Shown here piece by piece: positions 20,582 to 30,463 of a stretch of 64,000 nucleotides of DNA. Position numbers and translations under genes: made by a program. Where the stretch lies: IMG/VR virus record IMGVR_UViG_2974753081_000001, positions 72,320-136,319 of that record. One strand, given 5' to 3'. The stretch comes from a virus (Duplodnaviria; Caudoviricetes). The number at the start of each line of letters is the position of its first letter. The first letter of the stretch is position 1. The notes beneath the pieces were generated by a model. That model was not told the origin of the DNA, searched no databases, and was given only the letters and a program-made list of their open reading frames with translations.

Positions 20582-21445
20582 GTGCCAGAGCACGATAATT
20601 TCGTGAGCGCGCAGCTCACCCCCGAGGGCCTGCTGGCCGTCCCCAAGACCGAGGGCGACAGGGTGCTGTTCCTGCTCGGTCGATTCCGCGCCACCGGGCG
20701 CTTCGTCCCCGAGCAGACGGTCTCCACCGAGGACCCCGCGTGGTACGAGCTGGATGATCTGCTCGCCGCGATCAAGCGTGGCAACGAGTCGGCGGAGAAG
20801 ACCTGGCGCAAGGGCTACAAGGCCGGGCTGCGGTACTACCAGAACTCCGAGCGCCTGCGGCACGGTCCCGACCAGAAGCCGATGGTCTGGCTCGATGACC
20901 ACGGGCTGCTCGTGGTGCGAAACCCCGAGGGGCGGGCGTACTCCCACCTGGAGTGGAAGAACGATCAGGTGGGTTGGCAGTGGGCTGCGAACATGGATGA
21001 GCTGCCCGAGTCGGCCAGGCCGCTGTTCCACCCCGACCTTGCACCTCAGGCACTCCGCGAGATGCTGGGCGACGTCGAGATCGAGGTGGTCAAGACGCCT
21101 CCCGAGTACGACATGGACGCCGAGTACGAGAGCGAGTTCTGCGCGGACACCTACTACGTCAAGAACATCGAGCCCTCCGGTCGGCAGCACAACCTGAACC
21201 ACCTGGACAACCTGGGCACCCCGGTGGAGCCTGCCAAGGTGGCCGCTGCCGTCGACCGCGCCAAGCGTCGGCTCGCGGTCCTGCTGGACATCCAGGCCGA
21301 ACTCGACGCCGCTGAGTCGGCAGAGGTCGAGCGCCTGGTCGAGGTGATCCTGGCGAACGAGGACCTCGACATCGACCGTGAGGGCGCACGCGACATCGCG
21401 CTGCGCATGCTGGCCACCTACAACCTGGAGGAGCGCGATGTGTGA
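20582..21445 (+). CDS. Hypothetical protein
   Basis: 287 aa, AGGAG RBS, GTG start. Confidence 0.7.
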   Translation: MPEHDNFVSAQLTPEGLLAVPKTEGDRVLFLLGRFRATGRFVPEQTVSTEDPAWYELDDLLAAIKRGNESAEKTWRKGYKAGLRYYQNSERLRHGPDQKPMVWLDDHGLLVVRNPEGRAYSHLEWKNDQVGWQWAANMDELPESARPLFHPDLAPQALREMLGDVEIEVVKTPPEYDMDAEYESEFCADTYYVKNIEPSGRQHNLNHLDNLGTPVEPAKVAAAVDRAKRRLAVLLDIQAELDAAESAEVERLVEVILANEDLDIDREGARDIALRMLATYNLEERDV

Positions 21446-21842
21446 TCTTCCCGAGGTCGACGTTCGTCGCGGTGGAGATGTCCAGCCAGAGCTGAACGGG
21501 GACCACTGGGTCCAGCCAGAGCTGAACGGGGACCACTGGTACCTGGTCAGCTCTCGGCACAAACCGCGCGACCTCAGCTACGAGTTTGATCTATTCAGCA
21601 ATGACGGGGTGGCGGCAGCGGTGCGCGATGCGCGTGTGGCCCTGGCTGCTCTGATCGAGGTGCAGCGCCAGATCGAGGAGGTCGAGGTAGCGCGCCGCGA
21701 CGCTCTCACTCGGTACATGTCGGTGTGTCTGCCGACGACCGCCGATTCGCTGGTCGAGCGTCTCGTGGACAGCCTGTTCGAGGACGGGCTGATCGACGTG
21801 GAGCAGTGCGATGCGATGCGTGGGAAGGGGTCGAACTCATGA
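21438..21842 (+). CDS. Hypothetical protein with internal tandem duplication
   Basis: GGAGG RBS; VQPELNGDHW present twice. Confidence 0.65.
   Translation: MCDLPEVDVRRGGDVQPELNGDHWVQPELNGDHWYLVSSRHKPRDLSYEFDLFSNDGVAAAVRDARVALAALIEVQRQIEEVEVARRDALTRYMSVCLPTTADSLVERLVDSLFEDGLIDVEQCDAMRGKGSNS
21480..21539 (+). repeat. Perfect 30-bp tandem duplication
   Basis: GTCCAGCCAGAGCTGAACGGGGACCACTGG x2. Confidence 0.95.
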
Positions 21843-21969
21843 GCAAGGCAGCAGGCGTCGCTCTCGGCACGGTCGTGTCCCTGACGTGGGGGCCGGTGCT
21901 GGCGATGTTCGCCGTGCTGGCTCTCTGCATCGCTGTCTCGACCGTCGCGGTGTGGCGGGAGGGGCAGTG

Positions 21970-22368
21970 ATGCCTGTATCCCCTGAGGAACTGTTCCGAG
22001 CCACCAACCCCGGTGCGTTCCCGTTCGAGCGCCAGACGCGCTCGGTCCAGCAGCAGTACGAGCGCGCTGCTCAGAACCTCAACGGGGGTACGAGCCACGT
22101 GCTCGGCGAGGGTGCGGAGGAAGAGGAGCGGTACCGGACTCCTCACGACCATGTGCGCGCCGCTCGGGCTCTGCTGGAGGTCGCTGATGCCATGAAGGCC
22201 CGCCTCGGTCGGCTGGAGGCGATGGACTTCGCCACCGAGGCCGAGCGTCAGCGCCGCGTCGGTGATCTGACCGCCGAGCTGCGGCTAGTCTGGACGGAGG
22301 CGCAGTTCCACGCGACGATGGCCTCCGTGTCCCCGGACGTCTACACCCGCGCGAGACTGGGCGACTGA
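21970..22368 (+). CDS. Hypothetical protein
   Basis: TGATG-coupled ORF. Confidence 0.6.
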   Translation: MPVSPEELFRATNPGAFPFERQTRSVQQQYERAAQNLNGGTSHVLGEGAEEEERYRTPHDHVRAARALLEVADAMKARLGRLEAMDFATEAERQRRVGDLTAELRLVWTEAQFHATMASVSPDVYTRARLGD

Positions 22369-22371
22369 GCT

Positions 22372-22459
22372 TCGGTTCCGGGTCTTCCCCCACCGGCATC
22401 CCATGATGCGCTCGGAACCGATCGGGGCCGGGGTGTTGGACATCCAGCATCCCGGTCCC
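22372..22459 (+). terminator. Tandem strong hairpins (terminator or structured leader)
   Basis: TCGGTTCCGGG/CTCGGAACCGA and GGGGCCGGGGTGTTGGA/TCCAGCATCCCGGTCCC stems with G-U pairs. Confidence 0.6.
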
Positions 22460-22488
22460 ACCCCCTAACCCGACCAGAGAGAGAGTCG

Positions 22489-22794
22489 ATGACCACTACC
22501 ACTGAACCCAAGAAGCCGCCCCGATTCGCCACTGGCGCTCTGGTGGCGCACAACCTGCGGCGGCTGCGCACCGAGACTGGGATGAGCCAGAAGGACTTCT
22601 CGGACCTCTGTCATGCCTCTGGCCTGGCCTGGTCGCCTGCTCGCATGAGCAACGCCGAGACCAACGCTGTCCCGGTCAACGCCATCCACGAGCTGGTGGC
22701 GCTGCGCGACCTGCTGTCCAAGCTGCTCGACCGTCACGTGAGCCTGGACGAGTTCTTCGAGCCGGTCCCGGACGGTGAGCCCGACCTGGCATGA
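22489..22794 (+). CDS. XRE-family HTH regulator
   Basis: NLRRLRTETGMSQKDFS...WSPARMSNAE. Confidence 0.75.
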   Translation: MTTTTEPKKPPRFATGALVAHNLRRLRTETGMSQKDFSDLCHASGLAWSPARMSNAETNAVPVNAIHELVALRDLLSKLLDRHVSLDEFFEPVPDGEPDLA

Positions 22795-23497
22795 GGAACC
22801 TCTGCGGCTGCCGGAGCGTGTGGCGCAAGCTCGACCACCTGCTTCGGTGCCGCGTGCGCTACGTCTGCAATCGGCACGACGATTACATCCTGAACTCGAC
22901 AGAGTTCACTACGCTGGAGGAGTACGCCGCCCGGCTCGGCGACGAGATCGCTGAGACGCTTCTGCGCAACCAGCGGCCCAACGGAGGGAGCGACCGTGAG
23001 CAGTGACTCCGAGGTCTACCGGACCGTCGAGAACGACATCCAGCCCGTCGACCCGACCGAGATCGAGCGGCTGGTGGGCGCGGCCCGCCACCCCACTCGA
23101 CATATCGCCCGCGCCGACACCACGGACTGGCAGGTGTACCTGCTCCACCCCCACAGCTGCATTCGGCTGCACGAGGACGGCGACTACCGCACCGCGTGCA
23201 AGTACGCCACGACGCTGCGCTGGGGGTTGTCCCAGGAGGAGTGGGCCGAGCACGAGGACGTGCCCGTGGTGGTCGACATCCAGGGCGGGCGTCTCGTGCC
23301 CGTCGAGGGTGGAGTGGAGGCGCTCGGATGAGGCCGCGTCGCAGTCACCGAGAGAGGGTCGTCAGGGGTGCCCTCTACGTCGCTCTGGCCCCCGGCATGT
23401 TCGTTGCTGGGCGTGTCCTGCCGCTGGTGGTACGTGATGCATTCCCGTACCCCTACGGCGACGATTAGGTTCGCAAGCCTTACAACAGGGATGGTTT

Positions 23498-23725
23498 GTC
23501 CAGTTTCGTCGGGATAAAATCCCGTACTCACATCGCTTCGTTATCGTTCCGAGCCCCATACCACGGTGTAGGGCGCTACGGTGGACGCCACGCCGATGGA
23601 GTGCGGGATTTTTTCTTTTACGACATCAGCGGACGTGCTGGTCACCTTTGTGGGGAGCGAATAGGGAGGTCGGGCTCTCCACATGGGACACCAGTAGGTG
23701 CCCCTTCCCTGAGGAAATGCGGAAG
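23498..23725 (+). ncRNA. Putative structured ncRNA / cis-regulatory leader
   Basis: Non-coding gap with 14-bp + 5-bp long-range stem, 10-bp stem, tetraloop hairpin and RBS-pairing stem. Confidence 0.5.
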
Positions 23726-23737
23726 GAACGCGCAGCC

Positions 23738-24205
23738 ATGAACGTGAAGGAAATCTACACTCCGGCGGTGAACGTCGGGGAAGCAGTCGGCCACCTGAAG
23801 GGTGGCACGACACGCCGACGTTGCGTCACGCAACACCAGCTCGACCGGCTTCCGGCGGCGAGGGCCGTACTGATCGATCGCGCACAGAAACGCGAGACGA
23901 TCTCCTACCGGGAGCTGAGCCACGCCATCCAGGCGTTCAGCCCCACCGGCATGGGTGGGCTGCTGGAGACGATCTGGGAGGACTGCGAGCGCCGCGACGA
24001 GCCGTCGCTGACTGCTCTGGTGGTCCAACGCCCCACCGGTATCCCGGTGCGCTCTGTGCTGGACACGTTCGCGGGACGCCCGGCCAAGGAAGGCGACCCC
24101 GACGACTACGGGATCGAGGAGTGGCGAGCTGCCCTGGACGAGGTCTACGACTACTGGGCCACGCCCTCGGGGAGGATCACTCACCACGTCTCCGATCCGG
24201 ATTGA
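23738..24205 (+). CDS. Hypothetical protein (possible winged helix; paralog of 24839)
   Basis: A..RETISY.EL...GGLL..I...CERRDEP.LTALVV. Confidence 0.65.
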   Translation: MNVKEIYTPAVNVGEAVGHLKGGTTRRRCVTQHQLDRLPAARAVLIDRAQKRETISYRELSHAIQAFSPTGMGGLLETIWEDCERRDEPSLTALVVQRPTGIPVRSVLDTFAGRPAKEGDPDDYGIEEWRAALDEVYDYWATPSGRITHHVSDPD

Positions 24206-24206
24206 C

Positions 24207-24258
24207 TTGCCATGACCGCTACACATGTGTATATTCAGTGGTGTCAGGGCCGCAGGCC
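24207..24258 (+). promoter_or_regulatory. SigA-type promoter cassette 1
   Basis: TTGCCA-N17-TATATT, TACAC-AT-GTGTA, GGCC-GCA-GGCC hairpin. Confidence 0.85.
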
Positions 24259-24284
24259 GAAGCTCCACACGGAGGACGAACACC

Positions 24285-24533
24285 ATGAGCGACATGACCG
24301 TCGGAGAATTGATCGAACTGCTCCAGCAGTACGACGAGGACGCGACCGTGCGTCTGGCGACCCAGCCGAACTACCCGCTCGAATACCGCCTCGCAGGCGT
24401 TGCCGATGCGGGTCAGGTGGCTGAGGTGCAGGGCGACGAGCCCGACGACGACACTCCGAACGTCGTCTACCTCGCCGAAGGCAGCCAGGTTGGCTACGCC
24501 AGCAAGGCGATCTGGGACGCGGCGGGCTGGTGA
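24285..24533 (+). CDS. Small acidic hypothetical protein
   Basis: MTVGELIELL start, GGAGG RBS after cassette 1. Confidence 0.75.
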   Translation: MSDMTVGELIELLQQYDEDATVRLATQPNYPLEYRLAGVADAGQVAEVQGDEPDDDTPNVVYLAEGSQVGYASKAIWDAAGW

Positions 24534-24838
24534 CCACGATGGCTACCGCGACCAAGCGCCTGCGCTGCGAGGAATGCAACTGTTTCGTCTCCGAGAAGGA
24601 GGCGGAGACCAGCTGGGAGCCCGAGTGGGACGACGACCACGGTCGCCCCATCGGGGCGTGGGTCCGCACGACCCGCTGCAACAACCCGAATTGCCCCGGC
24701 GACGGTGAGGTCTACCTGGGCCTCGCCGAGTACTCCGAGGTGTATGGCTGACGGCCATCTTTGTTCGGAGCCCACATGGGGGATGGGCTCCGTTCATGGA
24801 TCACCGATCCAGCTCGATCCCGACCAGAAGGAAAAATC

Positions 24839-25243
24839 ATGACCGCCACCATCACCGAGGTGTCGCCCCAGACCGTCGCCACCGCGCGTCGGGCTCTGGC
24901 GCTCATCGCCTCCGAACAGCGCCTCATCGGCTACGCCGAGTTCGGCGACCTACTCACCGCGCTCGGCGTCGAGGGAGTGCCCCCGCGCGAGCACTACAGC
25001 CTCCGCAGCCGATACCTCGGCCACGTGCTCGGGGCTGTCGGGCTGGAGAACGGACGGCGCGGTGAGCCACTGCTGACCGCCATCGTTCGCCATGTCGTCA
25101 ACGGCAAGCTGGCCGAGGTCAACCCGAAGGGGTATGCCTGGCCGGTCGAGCAGGTCTACGGCCTGGAGCTGTCCAGCAACTCTGCCGTCGCCCACTCTCA
25201 CCGCGAAGCTGAGCGGTGCCACGCACACCAGTGGGTGCTCTGA
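24839..25243 (+). CDS. Hypothetical protein (paralog of 23738)
   Basis: IA..QRLIGYAEF...LGHVLG.VG.E..RRGEPLLTAIV. Confidence 0.65.
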   Translation: MTATITEVSPQTVATARRALALIASEQRLIGYAEFGDLLTALGVEGVPPREHYSLRSRYLGHVLGAVGLENGRRGEPLLTAIVRHVVNGKLAEVNPKGYAWPVEQVYGLELSSNSAVAHSHREAERCHAHQWVL

Positions 25244-25686
25244 TGGTGGAACTGACCCGAGCCCACGACCTCTCGGCTCGCGATGGTGTTGACGCTGCGG
25301 TCGCTGATGCGATCTCGATGCTGCGGGACGCGAAGAAGGCCATGCGCTCACGCACGCTCGCCGAGCTGATGCGCCTGGAGGAGTCCAGCGCCGAGTTCGG
25401 CACGTTCTCGGTGGTCCGCACTGCCGACCGCAAGGGGTACCGCGACCCGCGCAGCTTCAACGACGAGCGCAGCCCCTACCAGGACGACCAGAAGGTCCTC
25501 ATCACCATCGAGATCGAGGTGGAGGACTGGGACCTGACCGACGGCTTCGTCACTCACGCCGCCGAGCTGGAGCGAACCGAGGAGGCGCTGCAGGCCCAGG
25601 TGGAGATCGCCGAGGCGCAGCGCGTCATCGCCGAACAACAGGAGCGCATCGCACGGCTCGCGAAGAAGGTCGCCCCTGGGCCGTAA
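25243..25686 (+). CDS. Hypothetical coiled-coil protein
   Basis: TGATG-coupled; TAA stop lies inside GTAACG. Confidence 0.65.
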   Translation: MVELTRAHDLSARDGVDAAVADAISMLRDAKKAMRSRTLAELMRLEESSAEFGTFSVVRTADRKGYRDPRSFNDERSPYQDDQKVLITIEIEVEDWDLTDGFVTHAAELERTEEALQAQVEIAEAQRVIAEQQERIARLAKKVAPGP

Positions 25687-25708
25687 CGTTTTCTGACAGA
25701 CCACCGAT
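25683..25708 (+). promoter_or_regulatory. SigD-like promoter
   Basis: GTAACG-N17-GAT(AC) before the ltp-like gene. Confidence 0.7.
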
Positions 25709-25757
25709 ACACCCGACAGCAGTACATCGATCCCGACCAATTCAGGAGAAAAAAATC

Positions 25758-26288
25758 ATGAGCACGAACTACCCGCAGGCCCCCATCCCCGCCACCGAGC
25801 CCAAGCGCAAGAAGCGCAAGTGGCCGTGGGTGCTGGGCATCCTCGCCGTCCTCGGCATCATCATCGCGGTTGCCAGCCCGAAGGAGGCCGAGACCTCCGA
25901 GCCCGCTGCGGCCCCGACCTCGCAGGCCGAGGCCCCGGCCAACGTGCCGACGCCCACTCCGGCTCCGGTCAAGACCGAGGAGGCCGAGTCGTCGGACTCG
26001 CTGTCCAAGGAGCAGAAGAACGCAGTGCGCTCGGCAGAGCAGTACGTCTCGATGACCGGGTTCAGCCGGTCGGGCCTGATCGAACAGCTCAGCTTCGAGG
26101 GCTACTCGACCGAGGACGCTACGGTGGCCGTCGACAGCATGGACATCGACTTCAACGAGATGGCTGCCAAGTCGGCCAAGCAGTACCTGGACATGACCGG
26201 GTTCTCGCGCGATGGTCTCATCGAGCAGCTGACCTTCGAGGGGTACACCCCCGAGCAGGCTGCCTACGGTGCCGACAACGCTGAGTGA
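25758..26288 (+). CDS. Ltp-family membrane-anchored surface protein (superinfection-exclusion-like)
   Basis: N-terminal TM, Pro/Thr linker, two repeats A..SA.QY..MTGFSR.GLIEQL.FEGY. Confidence 0.85.
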   Translation: MSTNYPQAPIPATEPKRKKRKWPWVLGILAVLGIIIAVASPKEAETSEPAAAPTSQAEAPANVPTPTPAPVKTEEAESSDSLSKEQKNAVRSAEQYVSMTGFSRSGLIEQLSFEGYSTEDATVAVDSMDIDFNEMAAKSAKQYLDMTGFSRDGLIEQLTFEGYTPEQAAYGADNAE

Positions 26289-26308
26289 CCTGCTCTGACA
26301 GGTAGTTT

Positions 26309-26341
26309 CGCTCCCGCCCCCAGGGGATGCGGGCGGGGGCG
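26309..26341 (+). terminator. Hairpin terminator
   Basis: CGCTCCCGCCC/GGGCGGGGGCG after the ltp-like gene. Confidence 0.6.
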
Positions 26342-26380
26342 TTACTAGTGCCAGAGAAGTCCCGACCAGAAGGAGACCCC

Positions 26381-26989
26381 GTGCCCGAGACCGACATCTA
26401 CTCCGAGCGCCTGCTCGCCGTATTCAATCTCATCGCCGACCAGCCCCAGGCCCACGACCAGGGGCACTGGGGCACGATCCCGACCTCTGCTGTTCGGCAG
26501 GTGAGGGACGAGATCGAGGAGGTCGACACCACAGATTCGTACTTGGACCGCGCGCTGCCGAACAAGGTCGCCATCGATTGCGGCACGGCGGCGTGCTTTG
26601 CGGGCTGGACCGTGCTGCGCGAGGGCGGCAAGCCGGTGCTGTCGTCTCTGGAAATCTCCGCCAACGCCCGCGTTGATGGCGACGTGATGACTTTCGGCAA
26701 CGTCCTCATGCCCGGCGAGGATGAGCCCAGGTCGGTGGCACAGGTCGCGACGGAGCTGCTGTTCGGCGACCGTGATCGTCGGTGGTTGGCCGACGACCTG
26801 TTCAACGGCTACAACACCCGCTCCATCATCCGGGGCTTGGTGCTCGACCTGCTCAACGGTGTCGATGATGCCCTGATCTCTGAGCGCATCGATGCGGAAG
26901 CCTATGGCGAACAGAAAGGCCCGGACGGCCCGGATGATGAGGCGGTGGAGCCGATTCGCTTCGACGAGTCGCTGGGGGTGTACGTCTGA
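26381..26989 (+). CDS. Hypothetical protein
   Basis: HDQGHW...CGTAACFAGW motif seen in actinophage proteins; CCCGACC and RBS. Confidence 0.7.
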   Translation: MPETDIYSERLLAVFNLIADQPQAHDQGHWGTIPTSAVRQVRDEIEEVDTTDSYLDRALPNKVAIDCGTAACFAGWTVLREGGKPVLSSLEISANARVDGDVMTFGNVLMPGEDEPRSVAQVATELLFGDRDRRWLADDLFNGYNTRSIIRGLVLDLLNGVDDALISERIDAEAYGEQKGPDGPDDEAVEPIRFDESLGVYV

Positions 26990-27462
26990 TGCCGACCAAG
27001 ACCGGTGCTCGACTCACAGCGCAGGATGCGCTCTCGGCCCTCGGCAGCAGCAATGGCTGGGAGGTCCGGGCCGGAGCGTTCAGTGAGCGGCGGCTGTCGT
27101 TCGAGCGTGGCGGCGTCAAGGCCACCATGCTCACCGCTGACTTCCACCCCGGCGGCGCGCTGAAGAACGCCATCCGCTACGAGGGCGGGAAGGTAGTGGC
27201 CGAGCTGCGCAAGGACGACCCCAAGCGTCGCAAGACGTTCGAGGGGTGGTTGCGCGAGAAGCCCGCGTTAACCGATCCGAACAGGTTCAAGGTCGAGCCC
27301 ATCGACCCCGACACCGGGGCCTCGGCAGCCGAGCCCGAGGTCGAGTCGCCAGAGGTCAAGTTCTGCGGCCTGCCGTCGGCGCAGATGGGCTGCGTCCTCT
27401 GCGGAGCCGTCGTTTTCGACATGCGGGCGCACACCGAATGGCATAAGGGGATGGGCCGATGA
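26989..27462 (+). CDS. Hypothetical protein
   Basis: Coupled ORF, C-terminal C..CG...H..WH. Confidence 0.65.
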   Translation: MPTKTGARLTAQDALSALGSSNGWEVRAGAFSERRLSFERGGVKATMLTADFHPGGALKNAIRYEGGKVVAELRKDDPKRRKTFEGWLREKPALTDPNRFKVEPIDPDTGASAAEPEVESPEVKFCGLPSAQMGCVLCGAVVFDMRAHTEWHKGMGR

Positions 27463-28167
27463 TCCAGGTCAAGCCCATCGAGAACGAGATGTGGCAGGTG
27501 ACCAGCAACGGGCGCTGGTGGACCGTCGCGCGTATCCGCACCTTCACGATGGTCGGCTGGCACATCATGAACGAGACCGGTCGGACGATCAGCGCGGACG
27601 GCCAGCTCGGTCGCAAGCTGATCGCGGCGGTCCAGGCAAAGCTGGAGGAGGTCTGATGGCACAGACGAGGCGCGTGTGTGCGCGCTGCGGACGTGAGCGC
27701 GCAGAGAAGCACCTGGAGCGACTGTTCACCGCCCGGCCTTGGGGTCTCACCCAGACCAGGATTCTCCCGACCTCGGTGTGGGTCTGCTATGCCAGGACGT
27801 CGTGCAAGCAGATCGCAAAGGGGGAGCGTCGTGCAGCACGAGTCTGATCCCCAGGACGACATCGACTGGAGCGGCCCCGTCGAGAACATGGAACGCTTCG
27901 CCGAGTACATGCGGAACCAACCGCCGGACCTCCCTCATCTCACTGAGGGTGAATCGTCGCGGCAATGCCTGGATGCGGGCCTGGTGTGCTCCATCGACCC
28001 GCGTACGGGTAAATGCACCGAGTGCGGATGCTATGAGCATCCCGAGGAGAATCACGTCCACTTCGCCTTCGACGCCGCGCGACCCGGCTGGACGACGCCG
28101 ATCTATGACGTCCACGGGCACAAGGTCTCCGACCCGGTGCCGATCGACTCGCTGCCGAGACACGGCG

Positions 28168-28635
28168 ATGAGCGTCCCTGAGTACGCCACCACGGGTGTC
28201 GTGCTGCTGGCCCTGCTCATCGGCATGTACTGCTCGGCAGACCACCTTCGACGCCTGCGGAGGCAGAGCATGGACTGGACCGAGAACGCCCGGCAGCTGA
28301 TCGCGATGGAGGATGCTGCTCTCGCGCGGAGGTGTTCTGAGGAGAACGCACGCTGGCTGGAGGACCCGACCCACTACCTCATGGAGGTCACTGGACTCGA
28401 TGTCGCCAAGGTGCTGTTCGGCTACGTGCAGCGCGAGAAGGTATCTCTGGTCAAGGCACCCCGTCCCCGCCATACGACGGCAGGGTCCCTACCCAATACC
28501 GAGATCGTTCTCCATTTCACCAGGCCCGAGGAACTGGTCTCCCAGATCGTCGCCATGTCGCGCGTGTCGCCGCCGACGGGTGGGCAACTCGCGCGCATCG
28601 TCCGGGAAGTCGAGGACGGTTCCATCGACCTGTAA
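28168..28635 (+). CDS. Membrane-anchored hypothetical protein
   Basis: N-terminal TM; TAA stop inside GTAACG. Confidence 0.6.
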   Translation: MSVPEYATTGVVLLALLIGMYCSADHLRRLRRQSMDWTENARQLIAMEDAALARRCSEENARWLEDPTHYLMEVTGLDVAKVLFGYVQREKVSLVKAPRPRHTTAGSLPNTEIVLHFTRPEELVSQIVAMSRVSPPTGGQLARIVREVEDGSIDL

Positions 28636-28658
28636 CGATCTGCCCCGACCTGAGCGAT
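28632..28658 (+). promoter_or_regulatory. SigD-like promoter (18-nt spacer)
   Basis: GTAACG-N18-GAT(AC); close sequence match to the 9273 site. Confidence 0.65.
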
Positions 28659-28698
28659 ACTCCAATCACCCCGACCAACCCTGTCCTGAGGAGGACCC

Positions 28699-29457
28699 AT
28701 GAGTCACTTTGTCGTCGTCGTCGCACTGCCCGGCCACCTGCTCACCCACGATGAGCTGGACGCGGCCTTGGATGCTGCACTGGCTCCCTACGACGAGAAC
28801 GTCGAGATGCCGCGCTACGTGCGGCACACTCGCGACGAGCTGATTAGGCGAGAGCGCGAGAGCATGGAGCAGATGTTCTCGATCGGATCGGTTGGAAGAT
28901 ACTTGGCCGATCCCGTCGAGTACGCCGAGAAGTACGGCGGCATGAAAGGGCACCTGGCCCACGTCCGCCAGCTCATCGATGAGAAGCCGCTCGACACCTG
29001 GACCGACGAGCAGTGGCACATCAGGGCGCTGCAGAGCTACGAGCCCGACGAGATCGGCCCCGTCGGCGAGGTCTACTCCACCTACAACCCACGCTCGAAG
29101 TGGGACTGGTGGAGTGTCGGTGGCCGCTGGGCGGGGTTCTTCAAGTTCCGCGAAGGCATCGATGAGGCGACCTACGACCGGCTCGGGACCAGGCCGTCGA
29201 TCTTCGACCTGCCCGAGGACATGGACCCGATGGCCACCGACTGCGCGCGCAAGGGCGACCTCACGCGCGAGAGCCTGGACCGCACTCCATATGCCTACGT
29301 GGACCCCGAGCTGGGGTGGATCGAGAAGGGCCAGATGGGGTGGTTCGGGATGTCCTCGGGCGACAAGCCTGAGTCCGAGTGGCAGGAGCAGTACGCCGCG
29401 TGGCTCGGCTCCCTGGACGACAAGACCTGGCTCGTGGCTGTCGACGCACATATCTGA
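28699..29457 (+). CDS. Conserved phage hypothetical protein
   Basis: MSHF.V.V...YNPRSKWDWWSVGGRW...VD.HI family pattern. Confidence 0.8.
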   Translation: MSHFVVVVALPGHLLTHDELDAALDAALAPYDENVEMPRYVRHTRDELIRRERESMEQMFSIGSVGRYLADPVEYAEKYGGMKGHLAHVRQLIDEKPLDTWTDEQWHIRALQSYEPDEIGPVGEVYSTYNPRSKWDWWSVGGRWAGFFKFREGIDEATYDRLGTRPSIFDLPEDMDPMATDCARKGDLTRESLDRTPYAYVDPELGWIEKGQMGWFGMSSGDKPESEWQEQYAAWLGSLDDKTWLVAVDAHI

Positions 29458-29468
29458 GAGGGATCGCC

Positions 29469-29936
29469 ATGATGGAAAAAATGCCGGACGACCGATTCGT
29501 CTGTGTCCTGTCTCCTGACGAGCCGCTGGAGCGGTTCGATGACGAGGGCAAGAAGGTCAGCGTTCGCGAGTACGTGGTGCAGCGCCGCGATGACGGGTAC
29601 GAGGTCATTCTGTACCAGCGGTATTCGGCCAACTCCAGCTCGTCCTACACCATCAGCAAGGGGATGGATCGGGGGATCGCGATGATGCTGGCCGACGAGC
29701 TGAACAAGCGCGAGAGCTACGATCCGCAGCCGTCGTCGTCTCTGGGCAAGGTGAGGTTCATGCTGGCAGACCTCCGCAAGCAGGTGTCGCGCGAGATCGA
29801 TGAGCACGACCGTCGGCTGTCCACCATGAACGCTTCTCGGGAGGCCCTGGAGGACCTGGAGGATTTGCTGGTGCGCGGGGAGCCGCTCACCGCCCCCGAC
29901 GTCGTGAGGCGATTCAACCAGGCGGGGGTGCTGTGA
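29469..29936 (+). CDS. Hypothetical protein
   Basis: ORF with RBS. Confidence 0.65.
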   Translation: MMEKMPDDRFVCVLSPDEPLERFDDEGKKVSVREYVVQRRDDGYEVILYQRYSANSSSSYTISKGMDRGIAMMLADELNKRESYDPQPSSSLGKVRFMLADLRKQVSREIDEHDRRLSTMNASREALEDLEDLLVRGEPLTAPDVVRRFNQAGVL

Positions 29937-30463
29937 TGGCCCGCTTCGTACACCGTCCGACGACCATTGAGGCGATGCAGTGGACCGGAGACAACGCCGA
30001 CGAACTCAGTCGGTGGATGGCCGGGTTCGGCGAGGCGTCGGCGCTGCGCATCTACACCGAGACCGGGGCCGAACAGGTCGTGCTCGATCTCTACGTCGCG
30101 GCCAACGACACCTGGCTCCCGCTGGAGATGGGTGAGTGGGTGGCGCGCGACGTCGCGGGCTTCTATCCGATCAAGGACTACGTGTTCCAGGAGAGCTACG
30201 AGTCCGAGCCCGAGGTCACCATGCTCACCCAGCCGTGCGGCTACGGGTCGTGCGTGGAGGGGTTCGGACACCTCGGGCCGCATCGGTGTTCGTGCGGCAG
30301 GCCGTGTAACGATCCGGAGCTGAACTGCGATGTACATGCAGCCGGTTGGGCCGAGGAGCCCCACCAGGCCAACGGCATGGAGGTGCTCGGGAAGATGCGC
30401 GCTGCTGGCGAAGTGGACGACGCGCTCGGGGCCTCCGACAGACACGGAGGATTCGATGCTTAG
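29936..30463 (+). CDS. Conserved phage hypothetical protein
   Basis: IEAMQWTG...GEWV...FYPIK..VFQESYE pattern. Confidence 0.7.
   Translation: MARFVHRPTTIEAMQWTGDNADELSRWMAGFGEASALRIYTETGAEQVVLDLYVAANDTWLPLEMGEWVARDVAGFYPIKDYVFQESYESEPEVTMLTQPCGYGSCVEGFGHLGPHRCSCGRPCNDPELNCDVHAAGWAEEPHQANGMEVLGKMRAAGEVDDALGASDRHGGFDA
30306..30331 (+). promoter_or_regulatory. SigD-like promoter (intragenic)
   Basis: GTAACG-N17-GAT(GTAC). Confidence 0.55.
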
